From positions 896,001 to 960,000 of the forward strand of contig OY843592.1 of NCBI GenBank assembly GCA_963692865.2: 64,000 bases of DNA, given 5' to 3'. Below, piece after piece: positions 60,353 to 64,000 of this stretch. Made by a program: the position numbers and the translations under genes. Origin of the DNA: a bacterium. GTDB taxonomy: Bacteria > UBA8248. How positions within the stretch are numbered: the first letter of the stretch is position 1; each line of letters opens with the position of its first letter. Under the pieces are notes generated by a model. The model had not been told where the DNA came from and ran no database searches. It saw only the letters and a list, made by a program, of their open reading frames with translations.

Positions 60353-61566
60353 GGCTTCCTGATGCGCTCCACGCTCTTTCGCGAGAAGACGGCCTCGTGC
60401 CCGAAACGCTCGCGGATCTCATCGAGGCTCTCCACGAGGCGTTCCTCCTTCTCGCGGTCCCGATCCTCGAACAGCAGCGGCTGCGCGCGGGCCGCATCCA
60501 GCCCCGAGAGGTAGACCCCCAGCAGGCGGAATTTGCGGTTCCTGCCCTCTTTTGCGCAGGCGCGCCTGAGAAGATCGAGCGCGGGTTCGATGATCTCCTT
60601 ATCGAGGCAGGTGGGCTTTTCCAGCGTGAACGAGCGCGTGAGCGTCGTGAAATCCGAAAACCGGAGCTTGAGGGTGATGTGCCTCGCGCTTAGACCCCGG
60701 CGGCGCACGCGCGCGCTCGCCTCCTCGGCCAGACCCGTGAGTACGGCTTCGAGCTTCGCGCTATCGGCGGTGTCTTCGGCGAAGGTGGTCTCCTTGCCGA
60801 TGCTCTTGGGCCGGCTTTCGAGTTCGAGCTCGGAATCATCCAGCCCCCGCGCCTTGCGGTAGAGATCGGGCCCCAGGTTCTTGAACTGCGCCTCCAGGAA
60901 GGGCAGCGATTGCGCGGCGAGGTCGCCGATAGTCGAGACGCCCAGGCGGTTCAGTTTCTCGACCATCACCCTGCCCACGCCGGGGATCTTGCTCACCTTG
61001 AGGGGACGCAGAAAGGCCGCCTCACCGCCGGAGTAGACGCGCAGGATGCCTGCGGGTTTCGAGAGGCCGGACGCGATTTTCGACACCAGGCGGCTCGACG
61101 CCAGCCCGATGGAGGCCGAGCAGTTCGTCTCGCGCAGAACCGCTTCCCGGATTCTCGCGGCCGTCCGGAGCGGGGGGCCGTGGAGGCGTTCGGTGCCGCT
61201 CAGATCGAGATACGCCTCGTCCACGGAGACGGCCTGCACCGCGGGCGTGAAGTCCCCGAGCACCCGCATCACCCGCCCGGAGGCCCCGCCGTATTTCTTG
61301 TGGTTCGCCTGGATGTAGACGGCGTGGGGGCAGAGCTCGCGGGCGCGCGCCATGGGCATGGCCGAGTGGACGCCGAACGCGCGCGCCTCGTAAGAAGCGG
61401 CGGATACCACCCCGCGCTTGCCCACGCTGCCGCCGACGATGACCGGCTGGTTTTCGAGATCGGGCCTGTCCATGCGCTCCACGGACACGAAAAAGGCGTC
61501 CATGTCCACGTGCGCGATGAGCCTGCCCTCGCGCGGCGATTCCGGCTCTTCCGGGCGTCCCGTCAT
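60349..61566 (-). CDS. dinB: DNA polymerase IV
   Basis: HVDMDAFFVSVE, ASYEARAFGV, SVDEAYLD, KIAS...KPAG, KSIGKETTF. Confidence 0.96.
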   Translation of the reverse strand: MTGRPEEPESPREGRLIAHVDMDAFFVSVERMDRPDLENQPVIVGGSVGKRGVVSAASYEARAFGVHSAMPMARARELCPHAVYIQANHKKYGGASGRVMRVLGDFTPAVQAVSVDEAYLDLSGTERLHGPPLRTAARIREAVLRETNCSASIGLASSRLVSKIASGLSKPAGILRVYSGGEAAFLRPLKVSKIPGVGRVMVEKLNRLGVSTIGDLAAQSLPFLEAQFKNLGPDLYRKARGLDDSELELESRPKSIGKETTFAEDTADSAKLEAVLTGLAEEASARVRRRGLSARHITLKLRFSDFTTLTRSFTLEKPTCLDKEIIEPALDLLRRACAKEGRNRKFRLLGVYLSGLDAARAQPLLFEDRDREKEERLVESLDEIRERFGHEAVFSRKSVERIRKP

Positions 61567-61644
61567 GGCGCCTCCTTCTCGGCAAGCGCAGCGTTGTCGG
61601 TACTTCCTGGAGCCAAGTGTTCCTTTTGGTTGAAGCTATCCGGT

Positions 61645-62571
61645 TTACGAGCCATGGTTCGGTTGTGTGGCGCGCATCCATTCCAGCATCGCCGTTAAAT
61701 CATGAACCCGGAAGATGGTCAGCCCCTTCTCTTGAGCGTCAATCAGGTTCCGCAAGGCATAAACTCCGCCCAGAACCGCCGCCGTCACAACCTGGGCGGT
61801 TCCGAACTCGTTCCGCCATGTGACCGCCTTGATGGCGTCGTCGTTGTTGAGCCTCTTGATGGAATTGGTCGCCGAATTCGGCACCTTGCATTCCAACGCC
61901 ATCGTCCGGCCATCATGTAGGCCGATGACGAAGTCCGCCTTACGACTGCCAAGCAAACATTCACGGCAGAACTGCCCCGGCTTCGGCGCCTTGGAGAGCG
62001 TAGATACTTTTCGGGGTGGGACCGGGTCGAAGCGGGAGCGGCGCAGTTGCGTTGCGACCAACTCTTCTTGAAGCTTCTTGCCCTTGTTGCGGCGCATCGT
62101 CTCCAGGCGGCGCATGGCGAGTAGCGTCGACGTCGCGAGTAGCGCGGCCTTGCGGTCGTGTTTTTCAGGCTTCCGCGACTCCTTGACCCAAGGGAAGCGG
62201 CGGCGATCATGCCAGTCCTGTATGAAGCCGACGAGGCGGTCTGCCAGCCCGGGGTCAGATCTGAAGCGGCTCGCGGCAAGCGACTTCACCTGAATCAGCA
62301 CCTTGAGGTCGTCTTCCGATACCGGCGGCCCGGAAAGATAGCGGAACACTTCGAGCTTGCGCTTGTCGGCCAGCAGACCCAACACTTCCGCCCGAAGATT
62401 CGCCAGATCGCCCGTCAGTCCGAGAACTTCTTCGACAACGCCCTCATATTCATCGAACAAGTCCAGGTATATCTCCAGCGGCTCGGTGTGCCGACCCTGC
62501 CGAAAGTGTTCTTCAGACTTGGTTCTGGCGGAATCCAGCTCCGCCTCTGTCCATGCGGGTGGGGCTTTCAA
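61645..62571 (-). CDS. Type II restriction endonuclease, XamI-like family
   Basis: P.WT..EL, FRYLSGPPVSEDDL, D..RFPW, KADF...ALECK..NS.TNS.KRLN; overlaps the MTase stop. Confidence 0.78.
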   Translation of the reverse strand: MKAPPAWTEAELDSARTKSEEHFRQGRHTEPLEIYLDLFDEYEGVVEEVLGLTGDLANLRAEVLGLLADKRKLEVFRYLSGPPVSEDDLKVLIQVKSLAASRFRSDPGLADRLVGFIQDWHDRRRFPWVKESRKPEKHDRKAALLATSTLLAMRRLETMRRNKGKKLQEELVATQLRRSRFDPVPPRKVSTLSKAPKPGQFCRECLLGSRKADFVIGLHDGRTMALECKVPNSATNSIKRLNNDDAIKAVTWRNEFGTAQVVTAAVLGGVYALRNLIDAQEKGLTIFRVHDLTAMLEWMRATQPNHGS

Positions 62572-64000
62572 GCCGCCATCTCCGCCAATGCCGCCGGTTC
62601 GGGGACGACGATCCGTTCCATTTCGCGTGGTTCAAACTTGATGAGCCCGCCCGCATAGACGCGCCCGCCGTTGACCGACGACGCGCCCCGCAGGCACCTG
62701 ACCAAAGCGGACAGTACACCCGGCGCCATATTCTCGCGCGGGTAGAGCCCGTGCGCGATGTTCAGATGCCGGGCTTCGGCTTCATTGAGCACAAACGTCG
62801 GCGGGCGGCGGGCCATGTAGGTCGCCAGAATCGGCGCCGGCTCCCGCAGGCGGACGGACCACCAAGCGAACCGATGCCGCGCAACGTAACTCTTCTTTGC
62901 TCCCATTTCCTCCGCGATAGAGAGGAATTTCTCGACGGCGGCCAGATCGGCCTTGCCGAGCGTGGACAGGTCCGGCGGCAAGTCGATAACGCGCTTGAGC
63001 TCATCGGCGTCGGCCAGTACGGGGCCGGTCCGTATCAATTCCTTGGCCCGCGTCACGGTCGGGAACAACAGGCCGTCGGGCAGGCCTCCGCTGTGCTCTC
63101 CGGCTATCCACACGCGGTTGGCGCCCGTAACCTGCCCTCTGTGCACGCGGCACAATTCACCCAGTTTGACATAGTCCTCCGGGATCTCGGTCGGCGTCCG
63201 CGTGAAGTGGGACCAGCGCTTCTCGGCAATCAGCCGCTCACGGCGGACGCGGCGTCCGCCACTCAAATCGCCAAGGCCCGACGGTTGCGTGATCCTGGCG
63301 AGGCGCGCCGACGTGGGCTTGCCGTTTACGGTGAAGGTCGTGACGGCCCCGGTCGTGGCCGTGTCCGGGAAGAGCTCGGCCTTCGGTTCGATCATGTAAA
63401 CGCTTTGCCCGCCGAGACGATCAAGAAACAGGTCGCGGACCAGTTGCCCGTAGTTCACGTCGAGCCATTCCGCTGCGGTGATGAGCGCGCCATAGTCGTC
63501 CGCCTTCGCCCGACGGGCGATGGCGAGGAAAAAATAGACGTGAAGCCCCGCCAACGCGCTTGCCCGGAGCCCCATGGCGTCGGCTTGATTCTTGAGCCAA
63601 TCCTTGTGTTTCGGATCGATCAGATGGTGCCGCACGTAAGGCGGGTTGCCGACGAACAACGTTCGACCATTCGAGCCGCCGAGATCGGACGTGAGGAAAT
63701 CTTCGACGCGTACTTCGGCCCGATCGGCCATGCCGGACGCGGCCAGATTCGCGCGGGCCGTCAGTGCGGCCAGCGGGTCACGCTCGATTGCAATCAACAG
63801 GGCGCGCGGGAAGCGTCGCCCGGCTTCCAGCAGAAAACGGCCGGAGCCTGCGCCGGGATCGATCACGCGGTCGGGCTCGCCGACGGTCTCGGCCCAGGAT
63901 AGCATCGCCTTGACGATGGCCGGCGGCGTGTAGACTGCGCCGTCTGCTCGGCGCTGCGCGGACGGCCGCAGTTCGCAGAATGCTTCGCCGAGCGGGTCGC
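62568..64000 (-). CDS. N6-adenine DNA methyltransferase (gamma class), 5' end outside window
   Basis: VYTPP, DPGAGSGRF, GNPPYVRH, YAGGLIKFEPRE; frame stays open to the window edge. Confidence 0.92.
   Translation of the reverse strand, partial: DPLGEAFCELRPSAQRRADGAVYTPPAIVKAMLSWAETVGEPDRVIDPGAGSGRFLLEAGRRFPRALLIAIERDPLAALTARANLAASGMADRAEVRVEDFLTSDLGGSNGRTLFVGNPPYVRHHLIDPKHKDWLKNQADAMGLRASALAGLHVYFFLAIARRAKADDYGALITAAEWLDVNYGQLVRDLFLDRLGGQSVYMIEPKAELFPDTATTGAVTTFTVNGKPTSARLARITQPSGLGDLSGGRRVRRERLIAEKRWSHFTRTPTEIPEDYVKLGELCRVHRGQVTGANRVWIAGEHSGGLPDGLLFPTVTRAKELIRTGPVLADADELKRVIDLPPDLSTLGKADLAAVEKFLSIAEEMGAKKSYVARHRFAWWSVRLREPAPILATYMARRPPTFVLNEAEARHLNIAHGLYPRENMAPGVLSALVRCLRGASSVNGGRVYAGGLIKFEPREMERIVVPEPAALAEMAA

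Overview
GC-rich (roughly 60-65% by eye) Gram-negative bacterial chromosome segment; no rRNA, tRNA or CRISPR array seen. Core content: tolA(partial)-tolB-pal-cpoB-ligA-galU plus two CNNM/CorC genes, glyA, typA, ggt, uvrA, dinB, cyclophilin, a tungsten-type aldehyde oxidoreductase operon (Fe-S, FAD, AOR, MoaD-like), a hydantoinase/oxoprolinase pair, two LLM monooxygenases, an amidase, a CoA-transferase, four EamA/DMT transporters and a lone xanthine-dehydrogenase-family Mo subunit. Accessory content: a defence-like hotspot at about 40.6-48.1 kb (two orphan ORFs bracketed by a 40-bp direct repeat, an Mrr-like nuclease, a Type IIG R-M fusion) and an XamI-like Type II R-M pair at the right edge. 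The most striking unexplained structure is in the large intergenic gaps. Six loci (about 9.7, 17.0, 23.4, 40.9, 49.0 and 59.1 kb) are bounded by the same ~15-bp terminal inverted repeat (GGGG(T/C)TGTTGAAAAA...TTTTTCAACAACCCC). They encode no transposase and carry different, shuffled mixtures of unrelated palindromic repeat families (GTAG/GCAG REP doublets, GTCATTCCGGCG hairpin pairs, CTCAYCCTGAG hairpin pairs, CACTCCCCCCTTGAGGG modules). One copy has a clean 4-bp target duplication, and one is nested inside another with the empty site visible elsewhere in the window. This suggests a non-autonomous carrier element that captures, stacks and redistributes other repeats. All calls come from reading the sequence; no database searches were run.
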